Shown here: piece after piece, positions 13,245 through 25,853 of the stretch
Numbering within the stretch: the first letter of the stretch is position 1
Layout: every line of letters begins with the position of its first letter
From: Eledone cirrhosa
Lineage: Eukaryota
DNA: 64,000 nucleotides
NCBI GenBank assembly: GCA_964016885.1
Contig: OZ024741.1
Coordinates: 357,926,001-357,990,000 of the forward strand
Direction of reading: 5' to 3'
The notes under the pieces: model-generated
The model's input: only the letters and a program-made list of their open reading frames with translations
Told to the model about the DNA's origin: nothing
The model's database searches: none
Position numbers and translations under genes: made by a program

Positions 13245-15104
13245 GAAAACTAGGTGTTGATGAATGGCTTCATCATCATCATCATTTTACGTCCACTTTT
13301 CCCTGCTTGCAAGGGTGGGACGGGAACTGATTTTGGCTTGCTTTCTACAGCTGGATGCCCTTCCTAACACCAACCTCATTTACAGTGAGTGCTGGGTGCT
13401 TTTTTGCCGTGGCACCTCCACGACCACTTTGCAGTGGAATGATAGGGACCCCAGTCCCTATCATCTCATTTCTACAGCTGAGTAAACTGGAGCAATGTGA
13501 AATAAAGTGTCTTGCTCAAGGAAACAACATCACCCGGTCTGAGAATTGAACTCACAACCTTTCGATTGCAAGGCCAATGCTCTAACCACTAAGCCATGTG
13601 CCTTCATGTGAGAGCTATACAAGCCATGTATAAAGAAACAGTCAGCAAGGTTAGAATTAACAACGAATATAGTGAAGAGTTTAGCGTAAAAGTTGGTGTT
13701 CATCAGGGCTCCATTCTTAGCCCCCTACTATTTATTATTGCCCTTCAGGCTATAACAGAGGAGTTCAAGACCGGCTGCCCATGGGAACTCCTATATGCAA
13801 ATGATCTAACGCTCATAGCTGAATCAATGGCTGAACTAGAGAAGAAATTCCAAACATGGAAGCATGGCCTAGAATCAAAAGGCCTTAAAGTTAACTTGTC
13901 TAAGACTAAAGTTCTAGTTTGTAGGAAGGAAAATAGGGCACTGGTCCCATCTGGGAAATGGCCATGCTCAGTGTGTAGGAAAGGAGTAGGCAGAAACTCC
14001 ATTTTATGTCCCAAATGCAAAGTATGGGTGCATAAAAGATGTAGTGGGATCACAGGTAAGCTAACTAAGAATATAGATTTTATATGTGGCTGGTGCTCTG
14101 GTGCAATAAGTAGCAGCAAGTGCCCACAGAATACTAGCTCATTCCATTGCACAGATGGTTCTATAGAAATAGTGGACACCTTCCGTTACCTGGGTGACAA
14201 AATCAGTAGTGGGGGAGAGTGCTCTGAAAGTACAGTAGCTAGAGTCAGAACGGGATGGAAAAAGTTCAGAGAGCTTATACCACTATTAGCCGCTAAAGGG
14301 TTCTGTCTAAACATGAAAGGCAGGCTGTATGATGCCTGCATACGAACAGCAATGTTACATGGCAGTGAGACCTGGGCATTGTGTGCAGAGGATATACGCA
14401 GACTGGAGAGAAATGAAGCTTGCATGCTCCGCTGGATGTGTAATAGTAATATACGTGAACGGAAAAGCATAAACGAACTAAGTGAGAAATTAGGAATAAG
14501 AGGGATCAGATGTTTACTCGAGAGAAGACTATGTTGGTACGGTCACGTGATGCGCATGAAAGATGACAGCTGTATAAAAAAGTGCAGGGCGATAAAAATA
14601 GACGGTAGCCACGGAGTAGGCAGACCCAGAAAAACCTGGGTCGACTTGATAAATTCTGACCTCACACACTTACACCTCTCCAAGACAATGTCACTGGACT
14701 GAGATCTTTGGCGCTACACAGTCATACAGAAGACCCGCCTTGCCTAAGTACAAAGCGAAACCTACAGTCAGTAGGCACCTCTAACAAAATACAACCCCCA
14801 CCCCCTTAAATGTGAAGTTATGTTGGTACCACAACATCCAGTCCGAAACAAATGAGGTCGTGTAGGTGTCACGACAAAAAAAAAAACAGTCCACGCTGTA
14901 ATGTAGCCGTGTAGGTAACACGGTAAAAACCTCCCAGTCCACACTGTAAACGTGGTTGGTGTTAGGAAGTGCATCCAGCCGTAGAAAACCCGCCAGACAG
15001 TCCTATACGAGCAGGACAACAAATCTTGCCTCAAGTGGGAAAACTCCCGTCCAAACCCATGCAAGCGTGGAAGATGGACGTTAAACGATGATGATGATGA
15101 TGAT
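13244..15104 (+). mobile_element. 5'-truncated RTE-clade LINE (RT C-terminal half plus 3' UTR), interrupted by a SINE
   Basis: ORF 13596-14702 has GVHQGSILSPLLF, LLYANDL (YADD mutated), FRYLG and RRLCWYGHVMRM...GRPRKTW. 13244-13270 encodes RKLGVDEWL and continues in frame at 13608 (VRAIQAMY) once the SINE is removed. (GAT)n tail. Confidence 0.92.
13271..13607 (-). mobile_element. Young tRNA-headed SINE inserted antisense into the RTE RT coding sequence
   Basis: Reverse complement of the 11162-11513 family; its removal restores the LINE reading frame. Confidence 0.9.
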
Positions 15105-15163
15105 ATATATTATATAATATTAATTCAAAATATTAAGAAAATAGATATTCTTGTGATCAAGTA

Positions 15164-15230
15164 TATTTTATTATACATATTTCAGAGGTACTGAGTTAAC
15201 TTCAACAGTACGTCCTCATCAGATAAAATA
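15164..15230 (-). ncRNA. Type I hammerhead ribozyme motif (Penelope-like element/retrozyme type, minimal stem III)
   Basis: Minus strand reads TATTTTAT-CTGATGA-GGACGTACTG-TTGAAGTTAACT-CAGTACCTCT-GAAA-TATGTATA-ATAAAATA: 8-bp stem I, CUGAUGA core, 9/10-paired stem II, GAAA, short stem III, AUA cleavage triplet. Confidence 0.7.
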
Positions 15231-15796
15231 AGATGATGTATGACATACCTCGACATAGTAGATGGTTAAGATTCAGTCATGGTAGTGAGTAATATATGAC
15301 AAAACACAATATTTATATACCTTAATATCGAAACATGAAAAAAACCTACATATAATACATATAATAGAGAGGGTGCGTGTGAGAAAGTTTAAAAAATACA
15401 TAGCAGCAATATAACTGTTAGAGATTCAAATACTTTAAATTACTGAAGAAAGAGGATAGAAAAGAAAGGCATAGAGAAAGAAACAGATGAGGGGATAATA
15501 TAGCTAGTAAGAGCATAGAAAGCAAAATCTATTGTAAAACTCCTTCTTTGATTTATCCTTTGAACCTTGTTTAACCTTTAAATATATATTATATATATTA
15601 TATATATATATATATAATTATATATTCGTGTACAGATATTTTTGCATACACAATAACAAAATATAAATAAACGTATTTATTTCACGAGGCTCAATAAGGA
15701 TAAATATATATCAAATATATAAGAACCCTAGAGCAAATCCCAAGCAACGCCATTCTGCTAGTTATCACTATTTTAGACAACACATTATATAGTGAA

Positions 15797-16010
15797 GGCG
15801 TGTGGCTGAGTGGTTAGAAAATTGGATTCACAATTGTGAGGTTGTGAGTTCGATTCCTGGACCGGGCGATGTGTTATGTCCTTGAGCAAGACACTTTATT
15901 TCATGTTCCTTCTTCTACCTGGAGTTGCGATCGACAGATAGCATTAGCAATTGGAAAGACCAACGGAAACATTGTTTCCTCAGTCCAATTTGACAAAATT
16001 CAATTGACTT
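15797..16010 (+). mobile_element. tRNA-derived SINE (same family as 5298-5511)
   Basis: A-box TGGCTGAGTGG, B-box GAGTTCGATTCC; body aligns with the 5.3-kb copy. Confidence 0.85.
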
Positions 16011-17488
16011 GACATTATATACACAGTAACATCTGACTTCTCAAATGAAATGTTCTGATATTTCACCAGTCTACTTCAGTCTGTATTATCTTTTGCTATC
16101 TCCATATATTGTACACAGAACATACTATACTGGCAATATTACAGTCACATTTTCTAATATTAACTTGAACCCTTTTGATACCAACCCACCCAAAACTACC
16201 TCGGATGAGGGGGCACTAAAATATACTAGTACCCAATTAAAAAACAAAACAAAAAACAATAAAATAATCTATATCTTTATTCATGGATACAAGCACCAGT
16301 GCACTTTACATTCTATGAAAAAAACCACCTATTTATTATCTATAGTATTATGTTGACATAAATAGTATCTATTTATAGTATAAAATTCTATCTAGATGAA
16401 AACAAACAAAAATATAACAGTGTTTCATGGCTACCAATTTCTTTCCATCTTGAAATAAAGATGCTCTTTAAATTTCAGCATTGTAAATTGGAAAGAAAAG
16501 TGCCAGCTAGCAATTGGGTTTTGGATCTATCTCTGAAATTCATCCTTGCTGGATCAATTCCACTTAACTCTTACTTAAAAAGCACCTCCTGTTCATTTGG
16601 TCATACACTTTGCCACTCATGGCTGCAATGCAGTCATACCTGAGCACCCCTCCTGGGATGGTGTAAAAGCCAAGATGGACAATTGAAAACATTGGCATGA
16701 CCAAATTGGAGTTTGCGCTAATATCTGGGCCTCACATATATGATGTTAGAATCAAGACTGACTGGCAATACTTGTGAGAGATGTCTGTGAGCCAGCTCAA
16801 CCCAACCTGGGTGAATGCCGAAACAAGTAAGCAAGCTAGCAATTATTAGCAATTGATTAATAACTCCTAAAACTCTGATTCAGCAAAAATTATCTAAAAC
16901 AATTTTGTTAATTCAAATGTTTATAGTAAATTTACTAATGTGAACAGATTGTTGTGAAAATTTATAATATAAGTGAAAAGACAATTTTTAATGTGATACC
17001 ATCATAATGCTATTTTGTACTTTTCAAAAATGTCTTGCTCATGTGGTTTCATGCAGTACAGGATGGTAAGAGTTAAAGAAATAAAATGAGAATGTGAGCT
17101 GTCACCAAAAAGAATCAAGATTTATTGGAAGGATAAAGCTGGCTGGAGAGAGAGTGTTGCAGATGTATCCAACTCATAGGAAAACATGTCAAGCTGCGAA
17201 TGATTTATAAGTAGTAAAATAACAATGTATGGTGTATACATTTCAATTATGGTTATACCCTGTTAGCTAAATGAGAAAAATAATAAAAGTTTAAGCAATG
17301 ACAGTTAAAAACTAATATCTAGTTTACCATGGGGGGGGGGGGGGGGGTGACATTATCTCTATGCAAACAGGCATTAACTGTCTGAGGAACTTGTAACATG
17401 CAGGGAATCTCCAAAGCAACAAGTCACTGAATCAGATTTAATAAACAATTAATTTCTACTACTCATTCTCATTTAGTCCAATACTAAT

Positions 17489-17531
<43 letters not shown>

Positions 17532-17582
17532 CATCATCATCATCATCATCCACGTTTAACGTCCACTTTCCATGCTAGCATG

Positions 17583-17628
<46 letters not shown>

Positions 17629-18319
17629 TTTGTTATTAATAGTGACTATTTACTTTCGAGTTCCACTGATACTACTAGCTTTAAAATAAACAGTCACTAT
17701 TAAACAGCAAATATTATTTTGACTATCAGTACGAGTTCTTAATTCAGGGAATATTTAGTGTATTTATTACACAAACCTATAAAACAAGCACTTCCTAACT
17801 GTAACAACACAATCTTCTCTCTTGCACACTGCATCTGATTCCTCTTCTATCCAGTTTTTTTCCTCATTCATGTACACCAAAATTACTTATCCAATGGAGC
17901 ATGCTAGCCTCATTTCTTTCAAACCTTTGTACTACTAGGCAAGATCATACACTAAAAAAAATTATATTTCCAGATTTATGATACAACAGACTCAGTTTCA
18001 ATGTTTTACAAATATTTTTTTAAAAACATTTTGATACCAACCAACTTAAAACCACCTATGAAACAAAATTTTTAAGGGTTCTTATTTAAAATATTCCAAT
18101 ATAATTCGTCATAAGTAACTTTTCATAAGTTATGTATGTTACAAATACCACCTTAATAATGAAATAAGTTAGATCAATCCATCCAAATACTTCATTCATT
18201 ACAGCAATGAATTGACAGTTGTTAGGGCATCAGGTTAAAAATGCCTTGAATTTGCTTCAGCTCACTGTGCTCTGAGTGTAAATCCCTTTGAGGTCAACTT
18301 TGCCCTTCATCCTTTTGAG

Positions 18320-18868
18320 ATAGCCCCATTAGAGATACAACAAAATGCAACAAACAAGAAAGAGCATTAACAACAGATTACAGATCAAAAACATCCTATC
18401 TTTGGCCATGTACCAGCCAAAAGCCGCCTTAAATCCAGGAAAAGTTTCCTAAAGAGCATCACGCATGCCCCTTGGAACATCAAGCATAAGTAGTGAAAGA
18501 GTCACTCGTTGGGAAGAAAAACTTAACTACCTCCCATCTGTAACAACAATGGAGCTAAAGGCAAGTGAGGCACTGCTCCCTGGAGCAAATACAAACTATG
18601 CAGTGTAGAAATGCTAAACAGAGTAAGATCTGGTGTTGGACGTGCAAATGTCAATCTTGCAAATTGGAGATATTTAAAGGATGGGGACATTGTGTGTGAC
18701 TGCGGCATCGAACCAGACTACGCAACACTTCATGATATGTCCCCTGCTGGAACACCCCTGTGCAGCATTGGACTTGGCAGAGTTTAATGAGAAAGGACAG
18801 CAATCTGTTCGGCTGTGGCTGAACCACATCTAGCCAAGCTTTGTAACTGACCACGCTTGTAACTGACA
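18320..18868 (+). pseudogene. 3' fragment of a Vingi/Ingi-like LINE
   Basis: Broken frame reads IAP...HPIFGHVPAKSRLKSRKSFL...NRVRSGVGRANVNLANWRY...VCDCGIEP..QHFMICP (CCHC knuckle), followed by a short duplicated tail TTGTAACTGAC. Confidence 0.7.
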
Positions 18869-19529
18869 AGGAGATCCTTTCGAGATCAATGAATAAGGTA
18901 CCAGTCCAGTACAGAGTTTGAGTCTTCCTGTCTCCCTCTCTAGACGCATTTTAATTTGGAGAGGGGTGGGCTCCGCCAGGTTTAAGATGTCTATGACATG
19001 CAGTATATCAGGATAGCATCCTTTCAACTCCATCAACCCTTCACCTTTACTTGCTTAAATAATTAATTGAAATACAGTGCAATTCATTAGAAATGGTCAT
19101 GAAAAAAACCCAGAACCCTAACCTTTCTTATTTGTAGTCAATTTATCATTTCTTAAGCAAAATCCCCAAGTGTAAATCTTAGGTCACATGTAGTCAATAG
19201 TCAATGGAGGTTTACCAATATATAGCAAAATAAATCTATTCAAAAACCTTTGATGTTCAAATAAAAAGCCAGGTATATAGTTTCAAATAAAAGTTAAATA
19301 TTATTAATCAGGCTTCATTTTTTTTACATCTGTTTAGATATATATACACACACACATACATACATTAGTTAGTTCATTAGTAGTTATCCTGCCATGAAAA
19401 GAAAGAAAGAAAGAAAAAAGTGAAAAAAGTGTAAGCTGGGGTAATGATATTTGAGGATCTAATGCCTGGGGCAATGAGATGCCAGTGTCAAACCAGATGT
19501 GAAGATACACATGCTTTTAAATGAAAGGT

Positions 19530-19960
19530 CGGGTATGGGGAGCGTGTTAATGGCAAGAAGTGTGTGTGTTTGTGTAAAAAGAATATGAAAAAAAAGTTAT
19601 TTGGCCTACTACTGTTAGTGAATACAAGCAAGCTAGCTGGGTCAACATCAGCAGCGAGTAAATAGAGAAATGGACTCGAGGTTGGTGGCGGTGCTTGTAG
19701 CTCGTTATAGTTAGTTGGGTGGCATCAATATTCGGGTCACTTGACAACATGGCAGCAGTTAGCAGCTTTAAAGTCTCCACAACATGCCAACGAAATAAAA
19801 CAACAATATTAATAATAAAAAAAATAAAAAATGACGCGTACATCAATCGAACCATTGTTTTCGCTTGCAAACAAATCGTTTTATATAAAGTAAAAGAAAT
19901 AAGAAAAAACACCCATGAAAGTTCAAGATGTTGTTTAACCCTAGGTTGACTCTGATCGAG
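19530..19960 (-). promoter_or_regulatory. Candidate promoter/first-exon region at the left edge of the CpG-rich domain
   Basis: Unique sequence where CpGs first become frequent; YY1-like AACATGGCAG at ~19746; CpG-depleted sequence to the left. Orientation is inferred. Confidence 0.35.
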
Positions 19961-21708
19961 CAAAGCTATGACCAAAAGCGTTCCAGCCATAATCATGTCA
20001 ATCTCGTTATTTGGTTTCCATGCATCGTGTACTTAATATATCAAGTGTAGTCATTTTATTTTAAGGTAAATTTGGCTATTATACCTAACAATTTGAACAA
20101 CCACAATGTAGAGACACCTTTGTTGATTTGTGTGTGCTAAGATATAATATACAGTAGTAGTGTGTATATAAGTAACCTGGCTTAAATATATATTGGGGGT
20201 GGGGAAGTATTGAATGAATTGCCGCCGATAACTTAACATTTAACAAGAAAACAATTAATTGAGAAACAGATTACGAAAACCACTTTAATTACTGAGCGCA
20301 TATAACTCCAATATATACTCGCGTATAGGGCGAGGTCGCATTATACACAGGTATTTGTTTGGAAGGGTCGGCAATCGTGCATTTTCAGTGGCTATAACCT
20401 ACCTGGTATGCTTACTAGTCTCACAGTACCGATTGCTAACTTTAATAGTATTGGTTAAGTGTGTTTTCTCAATAGTTTTACATTGTGATGTACAAAAAAC
20501 GTGGAAAGTTGGGAAAGTGTATGGCACAGCTGAAAATATTTTGCCATCTAATCTGGTTAATTACCGATATTGTGTATAAAAATGCGTCGAAAATTTTACC
20601 CATTGTTTATTGATAGACCTGGTATTGTTAAAAAGCTGGAGTCGCGTTACATAAGAGCTCTTACAAGGGGGGGGGAAATCATTATTTTTACCCAAACAAC
20701 CAGGAGTCACTTCTGAACTAAATAATTATACACGAGTATAAACGATAAATAATAACTAAAAAAATATTAAGTAGCGTGCAATTGAAGGCATAATTACAAT
20801 TCAGTGTCACCCACCGCTCGACTTTGCTTGCCCATACTTTCTTAATGCATATTTTTAAATTTGAAATTTTGCAGATACATTTTTGAAGGTGTAGATTACG
20901 ATCATGGGAGTCCCCACCACCATCACCACCACCACCACAATTGGTAGTTAGTTGTAAAGATGATATTAGTTTCCAATACAAAATCTAGTCCTGATTGATA
21001 TCATCATTATCGACATGAAATTGGAAAACACGACGAAAAAATGTCCGAGTTCACGTTTAGCCTTAATACAAACACACATTGAAAGTATCCAGGAAATGAA
21101 AGCATTAAAGGGACTATAAAATAATTGTTTCTAATTTAGTGGGGATGGGAAGTCAATTGACAGTACATGACTCCGCTGAAGAATGAAAGTATCTTAAATA
21201 ATTTTCATCAATATTTTCATCCAAATCATGGAAAATGTATCTGTAATATTAAGAAAGTGATAAAGAGGAAAAAGTCAGACGAGGGGCACTAAAATATACT
21301 AGTACCAAATTAAAACAAAACAATAAAATAACCTATATCTTTATTCATGGACACATATAGACGATTGATAAGATACTAACATAGTACATGATTGATACTT
21401 ATTTTGTTGACCCAGGTCGAATGAATAGCACGTTGATATAAGGAGATATATCTAAACTCAGAAACGTGAGTCACTAAACTAAATGCCGTTAAGGCTACGA
21501 CCATATTTATATGTCACAGCGATTTTTTTGTTTTGTTTTGTTTTGTTTTGTTTTGTTTTAAATACGTAAATAAAATGAAAGATCGTCCAGTGTTAGACAG
21601 TTTATGACTTAAGTTTATATATATATATATATTAGAAAGTGAACAATTAAAAATTAAATAGCTCTGTTCTATACATAGAGCACTCTTTTTTTCTTTCGGA
21701 ATTACCTA

Positions 21709-21776
<68 letters not shown>

Positions 21777-23874
21777 AAGGAAGTGTGGTAAGGAACCAGG
21801 TGGACCATAACGCACCAGAGTACTCAATACTTAGGATAGTAGAGTGGGTAATAGAAAAATGTTCGAGTTTTCCTATATATATATAGATAGAGAGAGAGAT
21901 TTCAATAAAAAAAATATTAACGTTTTCTTTAATCAGAGCACACACAGCTTCATTTGACTAATAATATTTTTCAAAAGCATGCTAAAGTTTCTCAATGCAA
22001 CAAAGGAACTAAGCACATAGACTAATTTTTTTGAATTTCTGAAATTTTCTATAAATGTGACTTATTAGCATATAGGCTTTTGACCGAAATAATTTACGTA
22101 CCTAAAACGAAAGATTATTTCAGACTACATGGCTCTTATTAAATATGGATTCTTTAATACTTATATGAAAGAGAAGGGGCTGGAATACTGTCTGTGACAA
22201 TGATTCACCCACGCACTGTTATTTGTTTTATTTTCTAAAAATGCTTGTACAGTTTCTAAATACCTTTTGTGACATTTATAAGGCATTTAAGTCCACGACC
22301 CCGTGGCAATCACCGACAGGAGCTTGTCACAATCGCCATCGCCTAGTATCACCGAGAACGACATGAGTGTCACAACCTCCCACTTCTCTCTTCTCCGGTA
22401 ACTTCATAAAAGAGAATCAACAGGGGGTAGGTAGACAGCAGCCACAAAATAGAGAGTAGCAACAGTAGGAGAGTTAATGCGTTAAGGAAAGGGGAACGAA
22501 AGCTGTTAAAGTGGAGTCCACTACAACAGCAACAGAAGGTGGAATGAGTGTCAGCAATAACAATAAGTAGTTGTTTATCCCCAAGTCTGATCAGAGATCA
22601 AAATCATTCATTCCATTCGTGACCATTCCGTATTATTTTCAGACAGCATATCCAATGAGCTTTGGCTTGTTTAAAATGATAGATTTTGCTGCTATTTCTA
22701 GGAAGACGAAAAACTACATATACCTCTCCGTTAGCTAATAGAGCAAACAAAGGGAAGCAGCTTTTAGAAGTGATAAAAACAACAATTAGTAAGAACATCA
22801 GCAGCAACCACAGCCGGCAATAATAATTAACTAATGGAAATGAGCAAAAATATTAGGTAAAATCCAGAAAAAGGGCGATCCCAGCAACACTAAAAAGGGA
22901 AAGGGTAATTTCGACACAAATAAGGGAGAGAGAGCGAGAAATGGCTCGCAAGCAAGAGAGAGGGGGGGGGGGGTTGAGTGCCCTCATTAACAGAAGGCAC
23001 GCGGGAAGCCTAAATAAAACTAGTAGCATCTCAGAAGTGCAGTAGTTTTGTAATAGTAAACAGAAATAAGTTAATACAACTGTCGATGCATGTTTTGAAG
23101 GATATATGTAAAGAACCTGTGTAGAAATATATAAAAACCCATAGTATAGTTAATTCCTGCGTTGAATGTAAATAATTAGTGGGGAAGAATGGTAGTATAT
23201 ACTATGAGTATACACAGATAAATACACAAGTACATTTCAAGTGTATGTATAACAAATACTATAGTTATCAATTGTATTTATTTTATCATTGTTGCTTCAT
23301 ACTCCCGGCGGATAGAATGGCAAATGCGCTAACGCGGACTCATGGGGACGTTGTGCTGAAAGAACCAGCCCAAATTACGGGTGGCCATCTCCTTCCCGAT
23401 AGTATTTAGTAGGGACGTGGTTTGGGGACCCAGTACGCCAGATGTTTCCACTGCAACAGAAATAATAACAATAATAGACTTATGACTGGATACAGTAAGT
23501 ATGGTAGTTACGAAGAAATGGTAGAGCGAATGAAGTTGGTGGTCAACAGAATTCCATTTGAGGTAATTCTAGGAATGAGAAATATCAGATTGTTAACATG
23601 TGGACAACTTAATTCTGGACGCAGACATGATTGAGTGGTTAAGACATTCGCTTCGCAATCATGATGTCCGGGATTGAATCTTGGGCAAATGTCTTTAAAA
23701 TAGCTTCGGGATGGACTGTACCGGTCACGCTGACTCGGCTTGTGAATTATGTTAAACGTGCCTGTGGTATACTGAGCCATTTACACATTAGTTACTTCAC
23801 GAGTTGAGCGTTCAATGAAAGGAACAACGGGGAGCTTACTGAAAACGATCTATTATCATTATTTAATTTTGTCG

Positions 23875-24150
23875 GTTGATTGGCAGTATCGGTAGAGGGT
23901 CGGACGCCATGCTTTCCAGCATAGTTCTGTCCCTTTACGATCTGAGTTCAAATCCTGCCGAGGTTGACTTTGCCTTTCATCCTTACGGGGTCGATAAAAT
24001 AAAGTACCAGTAATGCACTGAGTAATTGCTGGCCTTGTGCCTAAAGTAGAAACAATTATTTAATTTTGTCTTTCTTCCTTACGGGGTCGATAAAATAAAG
24101 CACCAGTAATGCACTGGGATAATTGCTGCCAAAAGTAGAAACAATTATTA
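23875..24150 (+). mobile_element. Meta-domain SINE with duplicated 3' module
   Basis: GAGTTCAAATCC B-box followed by ACTTTGCCTTTCATCCTTACGGGGTCGATAAAATAAAGTACCAG (MetaSINE-like core). Many relatives, e.g. ~7020-7115, 9845-10040, 32265-32480, 41625-41945, 44340-44512, 46225-46415, 63405-63615. Confidence 0.8.
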
Positions 24151-24466
24151 AAGAAGTCAATTAAGGTCTGTGTTGGTAAGAATCGGATTAGAAAAACCAA
24201 AATGCATGTGCAATGTGCTGGATTCTTCACCATCGTAAAACTGGCGATTTCAGTTGCATTAATGATTTTTTCTCTAAAATATCAAATTCTAATACAAGAG
24301 GTCATTTTTTCTCGTTTTGCATTTTTTTTTATTTAGGTCATAAATACAATTTATATAGTGAATAATGACAAACTAATATCTGATTTGAAAAAGAAAGAAA
24401 TCAAAAAGAAGATAAAAAGGAGAGCACATACACACTACAACGGAATGCTGCCCCCCCCCACCCCCC

Positions 24467-24596
24467 AAAAAAAAATGTTTTAGGCTGGCCAAAACACTCA
24501 TGATTGATAGCGAAACTAAGGCTCTGGAATAGCCAAGAACCCTCACCGGCATCATCTGATACTTCAGTAAGGTGAGCCGAGCCGCCAACGATGACC
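24467..24596 (-). ncRNA. 5'-truncated copy of a structured small-RNA-like element (Y-RNA/sbRNA-like candidate)
   Basis: Aligns with 25854-26015; ends TTGGCCAGCC-TAAAACA-T9; hairpins are retained with compensatory changes. Confidence 0.35.
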
Positions 24597-25853
24597 AAAA
24601 CTTCTAAAAAGATTTTTATTGAACGCCCCAGGTTATATGCTTGTTTTCTTTAAACAAATACAGTAGCCCCAATATAAAATAAACTTCCATAACACCTTGT
24701 AATGACAAATATTTAAAGCATTTTCCGTAAGAGTTGAAATAATGTAAATAATTCTGTAAAGTGGTAAGCATTAGAAAGAGCATCCAGCCGTGGAAACCAT
24801 GCCAAAATTTGGAACATTCAAGCGTAACGTGGTTCGTGGACCAGTCCACGAGGACAGTAAATCCGTATAAGAATTGATTTGGAGTGATGACCCGTCCAAT
24901 CCATACCAACATGGAAAGCGATGATGATGAAATCTTGGGAATTTTTCAGGGGTAGAGTTCTCTAGATCAAATATTGGCTGTCTTTTCTTTTGGTGTGTAA
25001 TATATCTTGTTATACGTATGGTCAATTTAAATGCAATGTTCCTTCGTATTGAATATTCATTATTATCTACCTTGTGTTATTCAGGCTTTTTTATGTTCTG
25101 AGCCCAACTTTACCTTCCTTTCAGAGTTGACAAAATCATGTACCTGTCAAACACTGAGATCGATATAATCCACTGTTCTCTTTTCTCCTAAATTGCTATC
25201 CTTGTGCCTAATTTAGAAACAATCATAGTTACATTATGTGAACATGTTTATTGTGTATGGCAGTAGTTCCCAATATTTTTACTTAAAACAAAGAACCCTC
25301 TTTTATTTAAATCACCACCTCCCGTGCCTACAATTACTCCCCTGCCAAATTGTTATACAGCAGCGAGAATAACAATCCAAAGAGAAAATGTTTATACTTA
25401 GAAAAAAGAATGGATACCCACTAGCGTGTGCATACTGCTTTTAACAAACTACTTGAGATTTTTTGAGAACCGTTGCTGCGTAGAATTTCTTTTATTTATC
25501 TATTCGTTATGTATAATCTTCTGAATGTAAAATAAAAATTATTAGTATTATTAAGGTGTGGGAAATGAAGGTAACGGTAGTATCACGAGGATCAGTAAAT
25601 AGGTCGATTTTTTCAACACAGCTAACGAAAATAATATTAACTAAGACTTAAAAAGAAAAGGGCGCTTGTCCGAAACCTAAGTACAACGACAACATGATAA
25701 TGTTGTTTATTAATCGCGAAAATAGTGTGTATTAAATTATGTTATGATTTGCAATAGGAACAGACAAAAAAAGAAAGCCAGAAAGAAGTATAAAACTAGA
25801 AGACATACACACTCAATTACACAAAACGACAGAGAATACTGGTGTTGTCTTCT

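Larger units (their letters stand above)
12903..15761 (+). mobile_element. Non-autonomous Helitron expanded by nested insertions
   Basis: 5' A|TCTATATATCTAAAAC...TGTCTGTC and 3' CCCAAGCAACGCC...CTAG|T, the same terminal pattern as the intact Helitron at 56608-57503. Confidence 0.7.

Noticed and set aside
13596-14702. 368-aa ORF as an active gene
   Set aside because: The ATG comes from the antisense SINE head, the catalytic YADD is YAND, the element is 5'-truncated and it has a premature TGA.
16207-16290. ~75-bp segment duplicated at ~21281-21352
   Set aside because: No structure or coding signal; most simply a fragment of an unclassified dispersed repeat.
19547-19996. 149-aa ORF at the CpG boundary
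   Set aside because: It begins in a repeat fragment, has low-complexity composition and no recognisable homology; more likely promoter/5' UTR.
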